A stretch of DNA of 63,563 nt, counting the filler, from Reclinomonas americana ATCC 50394 (Eukaryota), in assembly GCA_048213135.1 (NCBI GenBank). It is 17 parts of 17 records of this genome, joined end to end, with 100 filler letters (N's around TTAATTAATTAA, not from the genome) between each part and the next. Parts side by side here need not be neighbours in the genome. Positions count along the whole stretch, not along the records: positions 12,116 to 13,846 come from AFZH01018747.1; positions 13,947 to 18,881 come from AFZH01018748.1; positions 18,982 to 20,752 come from AFZH01018751.1; positions 20,853 to 22,722 come from AFZH01018752.1; positions 22,823 to 23,909 come from AFZH01018753.1; positions 24,010 to 27,736 come from AFZH01018754.1; positions 27,837 to 30,556 come from AFZH01018755.1; positions 30,657 to 31,897 come from AFZH01018756.1; 9 more parts are not named here. One strand, given 5' to 3'. The stretch's first letter is position 1. Every line of letters starts with the position of its first letter. Under the pieces are notes generated by a model. It did not search any database and was not told the DNA's origin. It was given only the letters and a program-made list of their open reading frames with translations. Shown piece after piece: positions 13,453-32,479 of the stretch. Position numbers and translations under genes: made by a program.

Positions 13453-14924
13453 CTGCATGCAGAGGCGGGAGAGGTGAGGAGAGAGGAGAAGGGGGAAGGG
13501 AGAAGGGAAGGGAGGAGAAGGGAAGGGAGGAGAAGGGAAGGGAGGAGAAGGGAAGGGAGGAGAAGGGAAGGGAGGAGAAGGGAAGGGAGGAGAAGGGAAG
13601 GGTGAGGAGAAGAGAAGGCGAGGAAGGGAGAGAGAGAGAGTTGAGAAGCTGCAGCTGATCAAGTTTGTGAACAGAGGAACGAGGGAGAATGAAAAGGAGA
13701 TAGGAGAGAGGGTGACGCGGAGTGAGAAGTGAGAAGGAGAGGAGAGGGAAGAAAGTAAGCGAGAGAGAGAAAGAGATGAGAGGGGAGAGATGGAGAGAGA
13801 GAGGATGGTGGAGAGAATGTTGAGAAGGAAAAGAAAGAAGGAGGAGNNNNNNNNNNNNNNNNNNNNNNNNNNNNNNNNNNNNNNNNNNNNTTAATTAATT
13901 AANNNNNNNNNNNNNNNNNNNNNNNNNNNNNNNNNNNNNNNNNNNNCCTCAGTCTCGCTCAGTCTCTCTCACTCTTTCCCTCACTCAGTCTCTCCCGCTC
14001 TCTCACCCACTGCTCTCTTACTTGCCCAGTCTCATTCTAGCTCAGTCGCTGTCTCGCGAGCGCAGTCTCTCTCTCACTCGCTCAGTCGCTGTTTCCCTCA
14101 CTCAGTCTCTCTCCTCTCACTCAGTCGCTGTCTCACTCGCTCGGTCTCACTCTCGCTCAGTCGCACTCTGACTTGCAGTCTCGCTTCTCTTCCCTCTTCC
14201 AGTCGCTCTTTCTGAGAGAAGAGACAGCGTGAGGGAGTGACAGTGTGAAGGAGAGAGCGTTAGAGCAAGTGCTTTTGAGCAAGCAAGAGAGCAACTACTC
14301 GAGTGAGAGTGACTGGGAGAAAGCGATTAGCGACCGAGTCCTTCTTGTTCACTTGCTCTGTCTCTGTTTCTGTCTCACTCAGTCTCACCTGCTCAGTCGC
14401 TTCTTCTCCCGCTCAGTCACATTCTCTGTCGCTCTCTCACTCGTTCACTCGCGCTCTCCCTCACTCCGACTCATCGAGTGAGAGCGCAACTGAGTAAGTG
14501 ACGGAGCGAGACGAGACGAGAAGATAAGAGAAGAGAAGAGGAGAGAAGAGGAGAGAAAAGGAGAGAAAAGGAGAGAAAAGGAGAGAAGAGGAGAGAGGAG
14601 GAGAGAAGAGGAGAGAGGAGGAGAGAAGAAGAGGAGGGAGGAGGAGAGAGGAGGAGAGATGAGAAGAGAAGATTAGAGAAGAATAGAGAAGTAAAGAGGA
14701 GGAGAGAAGAGAATGACTCTTTCTCAGTCGCACCATCTTTTCTCACTCGCTCACTCACTCGTCCTCGTTCAGTCGCGCACTCTCACTCTTTCACTCCGCC
14801 GCTCAGGTGCACTCTTCCTCGTTCAGTTCTTCGCTTTCTGTCTGTGTCACGCCCTCTATCGTTCAGTCGCTCTTTCACTCCGTGGCTTCTCATCGCTGCA
14901 CTTTTCTCCTTCTCCTCTTCACAG

Positions 14925-17900
14925 GTGGCGTCGCGGCGAGTATGCTGCACGGGGAGTCGTGCACGCCAATCAATTTTGGCGTGCAAGGCGGTGCGCCGAG
15001 TTATCAAGTGAGTTCCTGCTTCACTACGTGTTTGTTTGTGTTGCTTGCGAGTTGACTTCTTCGTGAAGAATACGCTGGAGTGGCATGGCTTGTTCGGGCA
15101 TCGGCCGGAGCCTGTGAAGATGACTGTAAGCTTTGGCAAGGGTGGTGAGTCCGCGGGGGAAAGGGAGGGAGGGGAAGGGAAGGGAAGGGGAGGGGGAAGA
15201 AGTGTGGAAAAGTGTGCAATCGGTTGCACTCCGAAAAGTGTGTGAACGGGAGAGTGAGAAACAAGAGGATACATCGCATGCGAAGAGGATGAGTGCAGTG
15301 TGTGTGACGAGCAGTCACGTGTTGCCTATTCACTCCGCGAGGAGGTAAGGGAGCAGGTGCACTGCAAGCATGTTGATGATTGCGATTGAGAGATAGAGGA
15401 TCAAGTCGGACTGCGGGAGTGAGGAGTGCGGAAGGTGGGGCGCAGCAATGCTTATTTGTGTATGTGAGACGAGTAGTCACGCGTTGCTTTTCATTCCCCG
15501 AGGAGATATGAGAGGCATATGCACTGATGTTGATGAGAGCAAGTGAGAGACAGGGAGAATTCAGCTGCACATCCGGAGAGAACTCGGAGACTGCAGGAGA
15601 TAGAAGGAGTGCAGGAGCTGCAGCGCACCAATGTTTCATTCGTGCGCGTGAGACGAGCAGTCACTCCTGAGGAGATGTGAGAGACAGGGTCACTGAGATT
15701 AAGCCTATGAATGAGGTCGAGTGGCGAGTATAAGAGAGAGGGAGGAGCATGAGAGAGAGGAAAGAGAGAATAGGGAGAAGGATGAACGAGAGCACGGCAG
15801 AGCCGAGAACGAGAGCAAGACCGAGAGAAGCATGACAGAGAGAAGAAATAGTGAGAGACAGAGGAAGAGTCGGAGAAACATCGGAGACTGCAGGAGTGTG
15901 TCACGTCCCTCTACACCCACCCCGTTCCCTTTTCCGACCTCTCTCTTTCCACAGAGTACACATTAATTCTTATTTGTGTATGCGGCACGACTAGTCACGC
16001 GTTGCTTTCACTCCCCGAGGAGATATGAGAGTGTGCACTGATGTTGATGAGAGAGTGTTACAGAGACGGAAGAAGATTCAGCCCGGTGAGAACTCGGAGG
16101 CTGCAGGACCTTGTGTGACGTCCCTATATCCCTGGCCCCTTCCCTTTTCCGACTTCTCTCTTTCCACAGAGTACAACTGGGCCAACTACCGCGCCACGCC
16201 ACTGCAGGAGCGACTGAAGCGCGAGATCCGCCGCTTCGGCACCCTGATCAAGTGGATCAGTCGTTGCGTCCTTCCATCCTTGCTCTCCCCTTCCCTCCCC
16301 TTTCCCCCTGGCTCATCTCTACCAGGTCTCGAGTTCATCACCATTTTCATGTCCATCAATTTTGTGCTGCGCCTGTTTTGTTTCTCCGAGGACTTTCGGA
16401 ATCGCATGGTGTACCCGCTGGTGGCGCTTTTCTTTGGCACTGGTTTGTAGTCGCCGCCTCCCTCTCTCTGTCTCTCTCTCGCGCTTGCTCATCCCACCGT
16501 GGTCGCCCTCCCTCACTCTCTCTCCCTCTCTTTCGTGCTTCCTCCCTTTGTGATCGCAGGCAACCAGACACCCAGTGTGTCGGCGGCCGTCATTGCACGC
16601 GTGTTTCGCGATCCCGACATGCGCCTGTTCGACTACGACTCGGACTTTTTGCTCAACGCCACCCCCGAGATGTTTGCCTTTCACGATCTGAGTCGCATCT
16701 AGTTGAGTAAGGGGAGGAGCAGGAGGGGTGAGAGGCGTTCGGCGCTGACATGCTATGGCGCACAGCGGTGACGTCCAGCGAGGCATCTCCGGCCCGCGGT
16801 GTAAGTTCCATCTCGGGCGCAGTGTTGTGCGCGTGCATCGCGAGTCGGGAGCTGCAGTTTTGTTTTCACAAGTGCTCGCTGAGAAAGGTCCGCTTCTCAT
16901 CGACCACGCGCAGGCGCGGGTGGAACTCGATGACGGTCAAGTGTTGCACTTTGATCAGCTGATCATGGCGTGCCCGGCCAACGTGTCGCTGAATGTGCTC
17001 CAGGAGCCGACGTACTGGGAGCGCAAGGTCCTCGGCAATGTCCGCTACTATGTTGCGTGCAGGCACACAGCGACCACCCTTTGTGAAGAGATTGACTGAC
17101 GGTGGTGCCACAGCGCGACATTACCATCACGCACACCGACCGGGCGTACCTGGAGCGGCACTACGATGTGGACGATGCGGACATGTATCTCATCAAGACG
17201 TACGAGGAGAGGCCGGAGTTGTTGGAGATGTCGTTCAATTTGACGACGTATCAGCCGGATTTGCAGGCGGTGCGAGGGGGTGGTGGGAGGGTGTACCAGG
17301 TGGGTGGGGAAGGGGATATTAAGGGGGAAGAGGGAATGGGGATAAAGGAATGGGGAAGGGGATATTAAGGGGGAACGGAATGAGCCATTTGCACAGACTG
17401 GGTGTTGTCGCTTCACCTGCACGTCAAAGACCACTTTCCTTCACGCCTCCCTTCTCACTCTTCTCTCCATTAACAGACCATCTTCCTCGACGACAAGCAA
17501 GACAAGCTGTGGACGATTGGCGAGATCGACGAGAGAAGTATCATTGCGCGCTCGTGGTGGACGCAGTTCAGGTGTGTGCCTCTTCATTGCTCTCCATTCC
17601 ATTCACCCCCTTGACCTTGCCCGTCCGCGCAGCCACACCTACAAGCACTTCCGCAACGTGCTGTGGATGTGGGCGATTCAAAAGGCTCGTGGCAACACGT
17701 GGTACTGCGGCAGTTGGACGCTGTTCAACACGCACGAGTTGGCGATCGCGTCGGGCCTGGCGGTGGCCGATCGCCTCGGCGCGCCATACCCGTTCGCGCA
17801 CAACGCACTGGCCACCAAGACCTTCGACACGTACATGCAGGTCGTGCATCGGTGCAAGCGGAGCAACGATCGTCGCTGCTTCTTCCCGATTTGGGCGAAA

Positions 17901-17969
17901 GTGACGCTGGCGGTGGGTGTGGTGGCGGCGTTGATTGTTGGGGCGGTGTGTTTGAAGGTGTTTCTGTGA
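14925..17969 (+). CDS. FAD-dependent oxidoreductase (amine-oxidase-like family) with C-terminal transmembrane anchor; N-terminus in gap
   Basis: Nine exons: GGVAAS...INFGVQGGAPSY, FRNRMVYPLVALFFGTGNQTP, FDQLIMACPA, TWYCGSWTLFNTHELAIASGLAVADRLGAPYPF, ending in VTLAVGVVAALIVGAVCLKVFL. Confidence 0.8.
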
Positions 17970-18497
17970 ATAGGGAAAGAGGGTGATTTGCAATGCAAGA
18001 CAACTCGGTTCCATATGCTTGCGCCTTGTTCCTGTTTCCAGTGCCAGCTGGAAGAGAGCAATCGACCAGGTGGGCGAACTGCAAGGGATGGACAACTGTG
18101 TTGCTCTCACTTGACTCTGAGAGTCTCTCTCTCTCTCTCTCATGCATGCACACACCTTTACGGACTCACTCACACGCTTCGAAAGCAGTCTACGAGAGAG
18201 AGGGAGAGAGAGACAGTTGGGGCACAGACATCAGATTTCGAATTCAGTATGCCACGATCACTCTTAAGAACACTGTCCTCTCTCTCTTTCTCTCGCCTTT
18301 CCTTGCACCCAAACTCACGTATCACAGCACACAGCGACGGTCCTCAAGCCAGCACTCTCAGTCACAGGTGGCGGGAAGTCGAACTTGGTGCCATGAACTG
18401 TGTTCTCCCTGCAGCTGCATTCTGGTTTCTGTAAGTGTCTCTCTCGCTCTCTCACATACACATAGACACGCACTAATACTCACTCATGCACACGTAT

Positions 18498-18532
<35 letters not shown>

Positions 18533-19122
18533 TTTGATCGATTTTGATTGCTGCTCTCAAGATCACTGGCCTCACTCTCTTTCTCTCGCCTTTCCTTGCA
18601 CCCAAGCTCACGCATCACAGCACACAGCATCTGTTCCCCATGCTAACACTCTCCATCAGAGGGGTAACCGTCACAGGTGGCGGGAATTCAAACTTGGCGA
18701 CGTTACCTCGCCTTGCTGTCTGGCGTATTCAACTCTCTCTCTCTCTCACACACACATACACATACACATACACACGCACAAAACACTCACACATGCACAT
18801 GCAGGCTCTCTCTCTCTCTCTCACTCTCTCGTAGATATCGATTTCAAACTCCATCTGTCATTCTCGTGATCGCTGGACTCANNNNNNNNNNNNNNNNNNN
18901 NNNNNNNNNNNNNNNNNNNNNNNNNTTAATTAATTAANNNNNNNNNNNNNNNNNNNNNNNNNNNNNNNNNNNNNNNNNNNNTCCCCTCTCGTCTCCCCTC
19001 TCGTCTCCCCTCTCGTCTCCCCTCTCGTCTCCCCTCTCGTCTCCCCTCTCGTCTTCTCTCTCGTCTCCCCTTTCGTTCCCCTCTCGTCTCCCCCTCTCGT
19101 CTCTCACTTCTTCTCCTCACCA

Positions 19123-19943
19123 GGGCATTCCGAGGCCACCAGACGACGTGGCTGCCGACGGCATCGAGTTTGAGTTCAAGGCTCTGTGGGATGGCACGGG
19201 CGTGGATGGAGCGCCGGTGAAGATTGATAGTTGCGTGCAATGCGGGAAAGAGAAGTGGGGGACGAGAGAAGGGGGAGATGGTTGTGGAAAGGGCGACAAG
19301 GTTGCACAGTATCTTGTTCAGCGAGAGAGTAAGAGTGAGATAGAGTGTGTTGGCGTGTCGCTGCCGGCTGCTGAGCGATCTTCGAAGCGCACTGATGCGA
19401 AGTATTTGCGCTGAGTACGAAGCAAGAAAGCCCTGGATTGGCTGAACAATGGGAGAATGGTGGTACTGCATTCCTTTTGATCTCCATGTTTTCGCGTTCA
19501 GAGACGTGCAACGACAGAATGAGACTTGCTTGCGTTGAGAGAGCAGCGAGAGATCCCTCGAGAGATGTGATGAAGAAAATGGTGCTGCTGCTTGCAGCCA
19601 ATCTTCACACGAGAGAGTGAGACGTATTTGCGTTGAACGAGCAACGAGAGATCGCTCGAGAGAGTAAGATGGAGAAAATGGTGTTGCTGCTTGCAGCCGA
19701 TCTTCACATGAGCACCAGTTCTCAGAAGAGACGTCATATTTAGCAACCAGGCATACAGAGTTGTGTCATAATTCAGCGTAACAGCCTTGAGACATTGTCC
19801 CTTTCCCCTCCTCTTCCCTTCCACTCACCCTTCTCCTTTCCCCCTCCCTTTCCCCCCTTACAGTCTCCGGCCCCGCCCCCACCGGCGGCAAGAAAGGCAA
19901 GGCCGCCCCACCGGGCAAGAAGGGACCCGCAGGCAAGAAATAA
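19123..19943 (+). CDS. Last two exons of an unidentified protein with a Lys/Gly/Pro-rich tail
   Basis: GIPRPPDDVAADGIEFEFKALWDGTGVDGAPVKID|ISGPAPTGGKKGKAAPPGKKGPAGKK*; intron 19230-19863 is frame-consistent. Confidence 0.6.
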
Positions 19944-20004
19944 AAAATTCACTTCCTCCCTTCTCCTCCTCCTCTTCCTCCTTCCCCCCTTTCCCCCCTC
20001 CCAT

Positions 20005-20852
20005 TCACTTGTCATGCTCCGCGGCAAACTCTCGCATGTACGCACACAACTCGTCGACGGCCGCCGACGTCTGCCCATTGTACAGCGACGCGCGAATGCC
20101 GCCAACCAACCTGTGCCCCTTCAGGCCGACCATGTGGCGCTGCTCGGCGCCGCCGAGGAACGCCGCCTCCAACTCGGCCGACGGCAGCGAGAAGACGACG
20201 TTGAGGCGGGAGCGCCACTTGGCGTGCGCCGGCTGCACCGGACATCGGTAGAGCGAGGGGAACTCGTCGACAAGGGCGTAGAGCTGCGAGGACCAGTGTT
20301 GGGCGCGGCGGTCCATCTCCTCCAGGCCGCCCTCGCGCTCCAGCCACTCCAGCATCAGCTTGCTGATGTAGCAGCTGTAGGTGGCCGGCGTGTGGCTGAG
20401 ACTCTTGTTGGAGGCCACGTGGCGCCAGTCCATGAGGGTGGGGGTGTAGCGCAGCGCCGGTTGCGCCAGGACCTCGTCCTTGACCAGGAGGAGGGTGGTG
20501 CCGGAGGCGCCGAAATTCTTTTGTGCGCAGGAGAAGACGATGCCGTGGCGGTCAATGTCTTGCAGCGGGCGGGTCATCAAGTTGGAGGACATGTCGGCGG
20601 CAAGGAGCTGCAGAGGGGGAAGGGGGAGAAAAGGGAAAGGGGAAGGGGGTTAAGGGTAAGGGGGAGAAGGGGGGAAGGGGAAAGGGAAGGGGGAAGGGGA
20701 AGGGGAAGGGAAGGGAAGGGAAGGGAAGGGAAGGGAAGGGAAGGGAAGGGAANNNNNNNNNNNNNNNNNNNNNNNNNNNNNNNNNNNNNNNNNNNNTTAA
20801 TTAATTAANNNNNNNNNNNNNNNNNNNNNNNNNNNNNNNNNNNNNNNNNNNN

Positions 20853-20884
<32 letters not shown>

Positions 20885-21731
20885 AAGGGGCAAATTCAAT
20901 ACGAGTGCAGGATGAATGGCATTGATAAAATACAGCACAAGGAGACTTAGAGAGCAGATCACAAGGAAAGAAAATATGGTGCAGGAACGATACAAGAGGG
21001 AGTGAGAAAGAAAGAAAGAATTGCGATCTGTCACGAAAAGAAAAGGAAATGTATCAACGAAAATGATGCACTGCGAGGTGAACAGAGTGAGAGAGAAGAG
21101 AGTGAGAGACAAAGAGAGATAGCAATGCAAACCACACGGTAAGACACGTAACACATGGACGAAAATGCTGCAGGAATGACACAAGAGAGAGAGAGACAGA
21201 AACGCAGACTTACACGGAGAGCAGGAAATGCATCAACGAAAAATGATGCGAGAGCGAGATGGAGATAGAAAGAAAGCGAGAGAGACAAATCACAGACATA
21301 ATGGAATACCATCAGAAGCCAGAGAATGACACCGAGCATCAAGAGAGGCAGAGCACCCTTCCCCATCGTCCCCCCTCCATCCACTCACCACCCCCTCCGG
21401 CGCCGGCGGCGGGCGCGCAAACTCCACACCAAACACCGTCTCGTTGTCGCAATAGTACAGATACGAGGCATCGGCATCCCACTTCCACTCGCTCTCGTCG
21501 CGCACAAACGTGTACTTGCTCTCCTTCATGTCGCACACGACGCTGCTGCGCTCGAGCAGGCGTGCGCCCTCCTGCGCCGCCTGCGCGCTCCAGTTGCCGG
21601 TGCAGAGGTAGCTGCCACAGGTGACGCCGGTGGTGGGGGCGCGCAGACCGCCCATGTTGAGGGGGACGCCGGCAAATTGGAGGGTGCCGCCGCCCTGGGT
21701 GAAGAGGACGTGGTAGGTGGAGGGGAGGTTG
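20005..21731 (-). CDS. PSAT1: Phosphoserine aminotransferase (5' exons not located)
   Basis: HVLFTQGGGTLQFAGVPLN, YYCDNETVFGVEF, ADMSSN, AQKNFG (PLP lysine), RSRLNVVF, GLKGHRLVGGIRASLYN. Confidence 0.95.
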
Positions 21732-22618
21732 CTGTGAAGGAGGGGGAAGGGAGGGGCAATGAGGGAAAGGAATATGGGAGAAGCACAGAGTGAGAAAAAG
21801 GTGAGTGTGTGTGTGTGTGTTTGTGCGCGTCTTCGTCTCTCTCTTCTTGTGCCTGGTGCCCTTGTGTTGCTGGTGTACTCGTTGTGGCATGCACGCGGCT
21901 ACCACTGTGCATACTCCCTCGTTCCCCTCTCTGTGTTGCGTGATTGTGAGCTCCACGTATGCTGGTGAATGTGAGTGTGTGTGTTTGTGCGCGTCTTCAT
22001 CTCTCTCTCTCTTTTCGTGAGCCTGTTGCCCTTGTGTTGCTGGTGTACTCGTTGTGTCATGCACGCGGCTACCACTGTGCATACTCCCTCGTTCCCCTCT
22101 CTGTGTTGCGTGATTGTGAGCTTCACATCTGCTTGTCATTCCATGTGGAAGTGGGTGATGATAGTGACGACGGAGAGTCCATTGTTTGTCTTCCTCCTCC
22201 TTCTTCGCCTACTTCGTGTTCTTGTTATTCTTTCTTCTTCTTCTCCTTCTCCTGTTTCTGCTTCTTTGCCTTCTCCTCCTCTCCCGTTCCATGCACTTCC
22301 TCCCTCTTCGTCGTCCTTTCTTCTTCTGTTCTTCTTCTTCTTCTTGTTTCTGTTTTTGTTCTTGTTGTTCTTCTTTTTTCATTCTTCTTGCTCTCCATCT
22401 CCTTCTCCTCCTTCTCTACCTCTTCCTCCTCCTTCTCCTCTCCTTCCTTCTACTTCTTTCTCCTGGTCATCACTGAATGACGCGATTTTCTTCCTGTTGC
22501 AGCACCAGCTGGATTGATGAAGGACAAAAAGAAGGAGAAGCACATGGACGAGAGCACACCTGAGACCGCTGCGCGGAGTAACGCGGAGAATCACACCGAG
22601 AAGGGTACGTCTCTCTCA

Positions 22619-22659
<41 letters not shown>

Positions 22660-23669
22660 TGTGTGTGTCTTCTTCTCATGATCGCCGCTGTTGCAGTCCT
22701 TAATGCAAGCAGGAATAAATATNNNNNNNNNNNNNNNNNNNNNNNNNNNNNNNNNNNNNNNNNNNNTTAATTAATTAANNNNNNNNNNNNNNNNNNNNNN
22801 NNNNNNNNNNNNNNNNNNNNNNTCCTCCTCTCTCTCTCTCTCTCTCTCTCTCCTCTCTCTCTCCTTCTCTCTCTCTCTCTCCTCCTCTCTCTCTCTCTCC
22901 CTTTCTCTCTCTCTTTATGTGTGTGCATGTGAGTGCAGAAGTTGATCAATGTCGTGACTTGTCTCTCACTGACTCTTTCTCTCTCTCACGCACACACACT
23001 CTCTCTATCCATACACTCTCTACTCACTCTCCCAGTGCATGCGAGTGTGTGTGTGAGAGACAAGTGAGAGAGCATGTCCAGCATCCCGCGCTCTTGCCCC
23101 CCTCTTGCCTGTGCCGTTATACTTGCACGCATGCAGCATGAGGTATGCACTCTTCTGCAACGCAACTCATTCACGCTGGTCGGAAAAACAAACAGAGAGA
23201 AATTGGCGCGAAAGAAATCAGTGCACTCGCCATGGCCACGGACGGAATGTTCCTCGCGCTTGTTGTGTATGCACTCTCTCACACGACATACTTCAGATGC
23301 GCGCGAGAGATGAGCATTGTGCGTATATCTCTGCTGCCGCCTTCCGCAAACTCATGTATATATGCTGTCGACAATCACCACGCGATGGGTACCGGTCGAA
23401 GTGACGACTTCGAATTCAGCTGCGTACATGTACATGTGGTCTCGCTGCGAGCTCCGGTTGGAGACTGAGTGTGTGAATCGCAAAGATCGAACAGCGAGGA
23501 GTGAGTATGTGGTGGCGAACGATGACAGGAATCGTCTGGCGATCTCCGTGCGTTGGTGTCTGTCGTCGTGTTTCAATCGCCGTGTTGTCAGAAAGGCCGT
23601 CGCTTTTTTACCAGGCGCACACTTTTTCTTTGTTTTCGAACGCACACTACCGCTCATCACAAATCATCA

Positions 23670-28876
<5,207 letters not shown>

Positions 28877-28987
28877 TATCACCTATTGCCATGAGTTACA
28901 TTCAGTTGCGCATGTAACAGCCAGCGTTCTTGGATGTCACTGCGTTGGGGCGAGCGAATGGGAGCCAGCGTGTTGAGCAATACGAAC

Positions 28988-29410
28988 GAAGATGGGCATT
29001 GAGAGCGCCGAGTGGTGGACAGATGCTGCGTGGAGATTCTGCGGGCGGACTATGCGATGTTCGCTTTCCGCTGTACTGGTGGTGGCAACCAGGCTCAAAA
29101 CCAGAACCAAGCAAACAATCTCCCACCCGCAGCAGCTGCGCCGCAGCCTCAGGGCAATTAGAACCCGTAGCGTCGCTACTGCAGCACCCAGCTTCAACGA
29201 GTTCAGCGTCTACGTAGGCCGCTGACATCATTTGCGCCACGAAATCCTTTTGAGGCCAACACGCGTTTGATTGGCTTTGCCTCCTGAAAGGGAAGATGAC
29301 TGTTGGAGAAGTAATTATGTGTTGTATATTGTTGGTGTGCCAATGGTCATCGTCGGCAAGGGATTTGTGGGCGTTTATCGCATTATTGGAATGTGGTGAA
29401 TGAAGTCAGC
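28988..29410 (+). mobile_element. Repeat family A, 5'-truncated copy of the RLE-bearing element
   Basis: Nearly colinear with 33138-33580 (gaagatgggcattgag...gatgctgcgtggagattctgcgggcggactatgcgatgttcgc...ggaatgtgg...aatgaagt). Confidence 0.8.
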
Positions 29411-29497
29411 GTTTTATTTGCTATTATGTACACTCAACATGAAACTACAGCCGCAAGAAAAGGCGCGAACACCCTTTCCCCCTCTCTTTCTCCCCAC

Positions 29498-30978
29498 ATG
29501 ACCTCCTGGCACCACGCAAGCGCGCACTCCTACTGCCGCAAACGCCGCGTGCTCGGCCCCCTCGAAGAGAGCATCACCTGCGCGCACTTTATGCCCGTCC
29601 CCCGCCTCCTCTCCACTGCGCATCTCTCCGTCACCTCTCCCACTGCCTCTTCACACCCACCCACCTCTGTCACCGACGAACAGACGTATTACACACACCG
29701 CGAGGCCTCCAGCTGGTACCTCCTGTGCACAGGCTCTCTGCGCGGGAACGTGCACGTGTGGGACCTGCGCCTCGCGCTCTCCCGTCGTCGATGTCGACCG
29801 CGTGAGTTCCTCCCGCACAACGACGAAGTCAGCGCCATCACACACGTGCCAGAGTCGCCACTGGTCGTCTCCGTGTCCCACGACTGCACAGTGGCCGTGT
29901 GCGACTTGGAGCTGGGCATGTGCGTGCAGCGCGTGAGCAGTGACGAGTCGGGCGTGTGTGCAGCGCTGCATGCGGTGGACTGTGATGCTCGCGGGAGGTG
30001 TGTGGTGGTGGCGGGAGCGGATGGACTGGTGCGCGTGTTCGCCTTGGTGCGCAACGATGACGGTGATTGGAGGATTGGCGAGCAGGTGTGCCGGCTGTTG
30101 TCGGGGCATAAGTTTACGGTGCATCAGGTGGCGTTTTGTGGGGAGTGGCTCGCGTCGGTGAGCAGTGATGGGACGGTGCGGTTGTGGTCGCGCGAGTCGT
30201 GGTCTCCAGTGGAGCAGTCTTCTTCTTCGTCATTGTCTTCATCGGTCACTGCGTGTCGAGTGTTGGAGTCGCCTGGGCGTGAGCGGTTACCGTTGGTGTC
30301 GCTTGCGTGGAGTCCGTCGGGGGCGCACATTGTGGCGGGGACGGGCTGGTCGCATCCGTATCGGCACTATGTGTGGGAGGTGGAGACGGGGCAGTGTGTG
30401 GAGATTGGGCGGGGGCATGAGGGGCGGGTGAGGGGGGTGGGGTGGTTGGCGGGTGGCAAGTTTGTGGTGAGTGGGGAAGGGGGAGGAGGGGGAGAAGGGG
30501 GAAAGGGGGTAGGGAGAGGGAGTGAGAGGGATAAAGAGAACGGAAAAGAGCGTGAGNNNNNNNNNNNNNNNNNNNNNNNNNNNNNNNNNNNNNNNNNNNN
30601 TTAATTAATTAANNNNNNNNNNNNNNNNNNNNNNNNNNNNNNNNNNNNNNNNNNNNAGAGCGCGAGAACGCGAAAGAAAAAGGGTTTGGAGGGGGCTGAG
30701 AGAGAGCGAGAGAGAGAGTGAGAGCGGAAGAGAACGCGAGCCAGAGTGTGGGAGAGAAAGAAAGAGAGAGAAAGAGAGTAACGGAGGGGGCAGAAAGAGA
30801 GAGAGAAAGAGAGGGAGCATTTGCAAGAAGAGTGTGTGGACGAGACAATAAGCATGCCGAGAATGTGGAGCAGTTGGCGCACGGAATGGAGCGTGAGGGG
30901 TGAACGATGTCTTGCTTGAGAGAGCGAGAGGATAGAGAAAGGAACATTGCAATGAAGACCGGATGTGAGAGGGAAAGA

Positions 30979-31017
<39 letters not shown>

Positions 31018-32464
31018 GCAGAGGAAGAGTGAGGAGAAGTGAGGAGAACGAGTTTGTTGCCTGACGCGAGAAGAGGGAGGATAGAGGAAGGCGATATATT
31101 GGACAGAATTTCAGAGGAAGTTAAAAGAGTGAGGGAACAGGGGGAAGCAGTTCAGATGTTGTCAGAATGGAGAATCGAGAGGAGCGTAATGAGGGAGAAC
31201 GGTGGTGCGCGTTGTCGATTTTAAAGGGGGGGGGTGGAAAGCGAGAGAGAGAGAGAGAGCGAGTCATCGTCCGTGTGGAGCGAGGCTTCCATGGTGTTTC
31301 TTTCCATTCTTCTTTCCCACTCCCTCATTTCCCTCCCTTCCTTTCCGTCTTTTCTGTCCTTTCTTTCCGCCCTCCTTCCTTCTTTTCTTCCATCCACTTC
31401 CACCTTTCTCTCTCTTCTGCTGCATTCTCCTGCCTTCTCCTGCCTTCTCCTCCTTCACCTGCCCTTCTCCTGCTTTCTCCTGCCTTCTTCTCCCTTCTCC
31501 TGCCTTCTCCTCCCTTCTCCTGCCTCTTCCTTCCCTTCAGCCCCTTTTCATCTCTTTTGCTGCCTTCTCCTGCCTTCACCTCCCTTCTCCCTCCTTCTCC
31601 CTCCTTCTCCCTCCTTCTCCTCCCTTCTCCTCCCTTCTCCCTCCTTCTCCCTCCCTGTCCTCCCTTCTCCCTCCTTCTTCCTCCTTGTCCTCCCTTCTCC
31701 TCCCTTCTCCTGCCTTCTCCTGCCTTCTCCTGCCTTCTCCTGCCTTCTCCTCCCTTTTCCTCCCTTTTCCTGCCTTCTCTTCTCTTCCCCTGCCTTCTCT
31801 TCCCTTCTCCTCCTTCCCCTCCTTCCTCTCCTTCCCCCTCTCTTCCCCCTCTCCTTTCCCCCTCTCTTCCCCCCTCTCCTTTCCCCTCTCTTCCCCCNNN
31901 NNNNNNNNNNNNNNNNNNNNNNNNNNNNNNNNNNNNNNNNNTTAATTAATTAANNNNNNNNNNNNNNNNNNNNNNNNNNNNNNNNNNNNNNNNNNNNGTC
32001 TGACATTTGGACGCTGACCGCCTGCCCCAATGGCATTCACTGGGTGACTGGAGAGTGGTGAGTCTCTTCAGAGAGGGCGAGGGCATTTCCGCCATCGCAC
32101 TCACCTTTTTCTCGCGCAGGAATGGCTGCATCTCGCTGTATGAGTTTCTGGATACAGGTATGCACACTCTTCTTCTTCTTAACGTTTCCCCTTTTGGTTG
32201 CCTCTCACACTTCCCCCTTCCACAGACACACTGGCGAGATGGGAAATGGAGGCGATTGACTTGGCACTGGAGGCCGTGCTGGGCGCACACGCGCCTGACG
32301 AAGACGAAGATGAGGACGACATTGCCAACGCAGCCGGCGACGGGCACGCCGCCGACATGCTTGTACCACGCGTTCTGCGCAGTTTGCGCAGAACAACCAA
32401 GAGGAGGGATCTGCATCAGCCACCGCCGCGCGAACAGCAGTGGAATAAGAAGATACTGAAATGA
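29498..32464 (+). CDS. WD40-repeat protein; large first exon 29498-30466, probable terminal exons at about 31998-32464 across two gaps
   Basis: TGSLRGNVHVWD, HNDEVSAI...SVSHDCTVAVCD, GHKFTVHQVAF...SVSSDGTVRLW, GHEGRVRGV; after the gaps IWTLTACPNGIHWVTGEW|NGCISLYE. Joining the two parts is an inference. Confidence 0.75.
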
Positions 32465-32479
32465 ATAGAGATGTGATAA

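Noticed and set aside
16700..16702. In-frame TAG (and TGA at 33169) suggesting stop-codon reassignment or selenocysteine
   Set aside because: The TAG is the exon/intron junction TA|G and splices to TAC; the TGA is CGA in the sister copy at 29009. Genes end normally in TAA or TGA.
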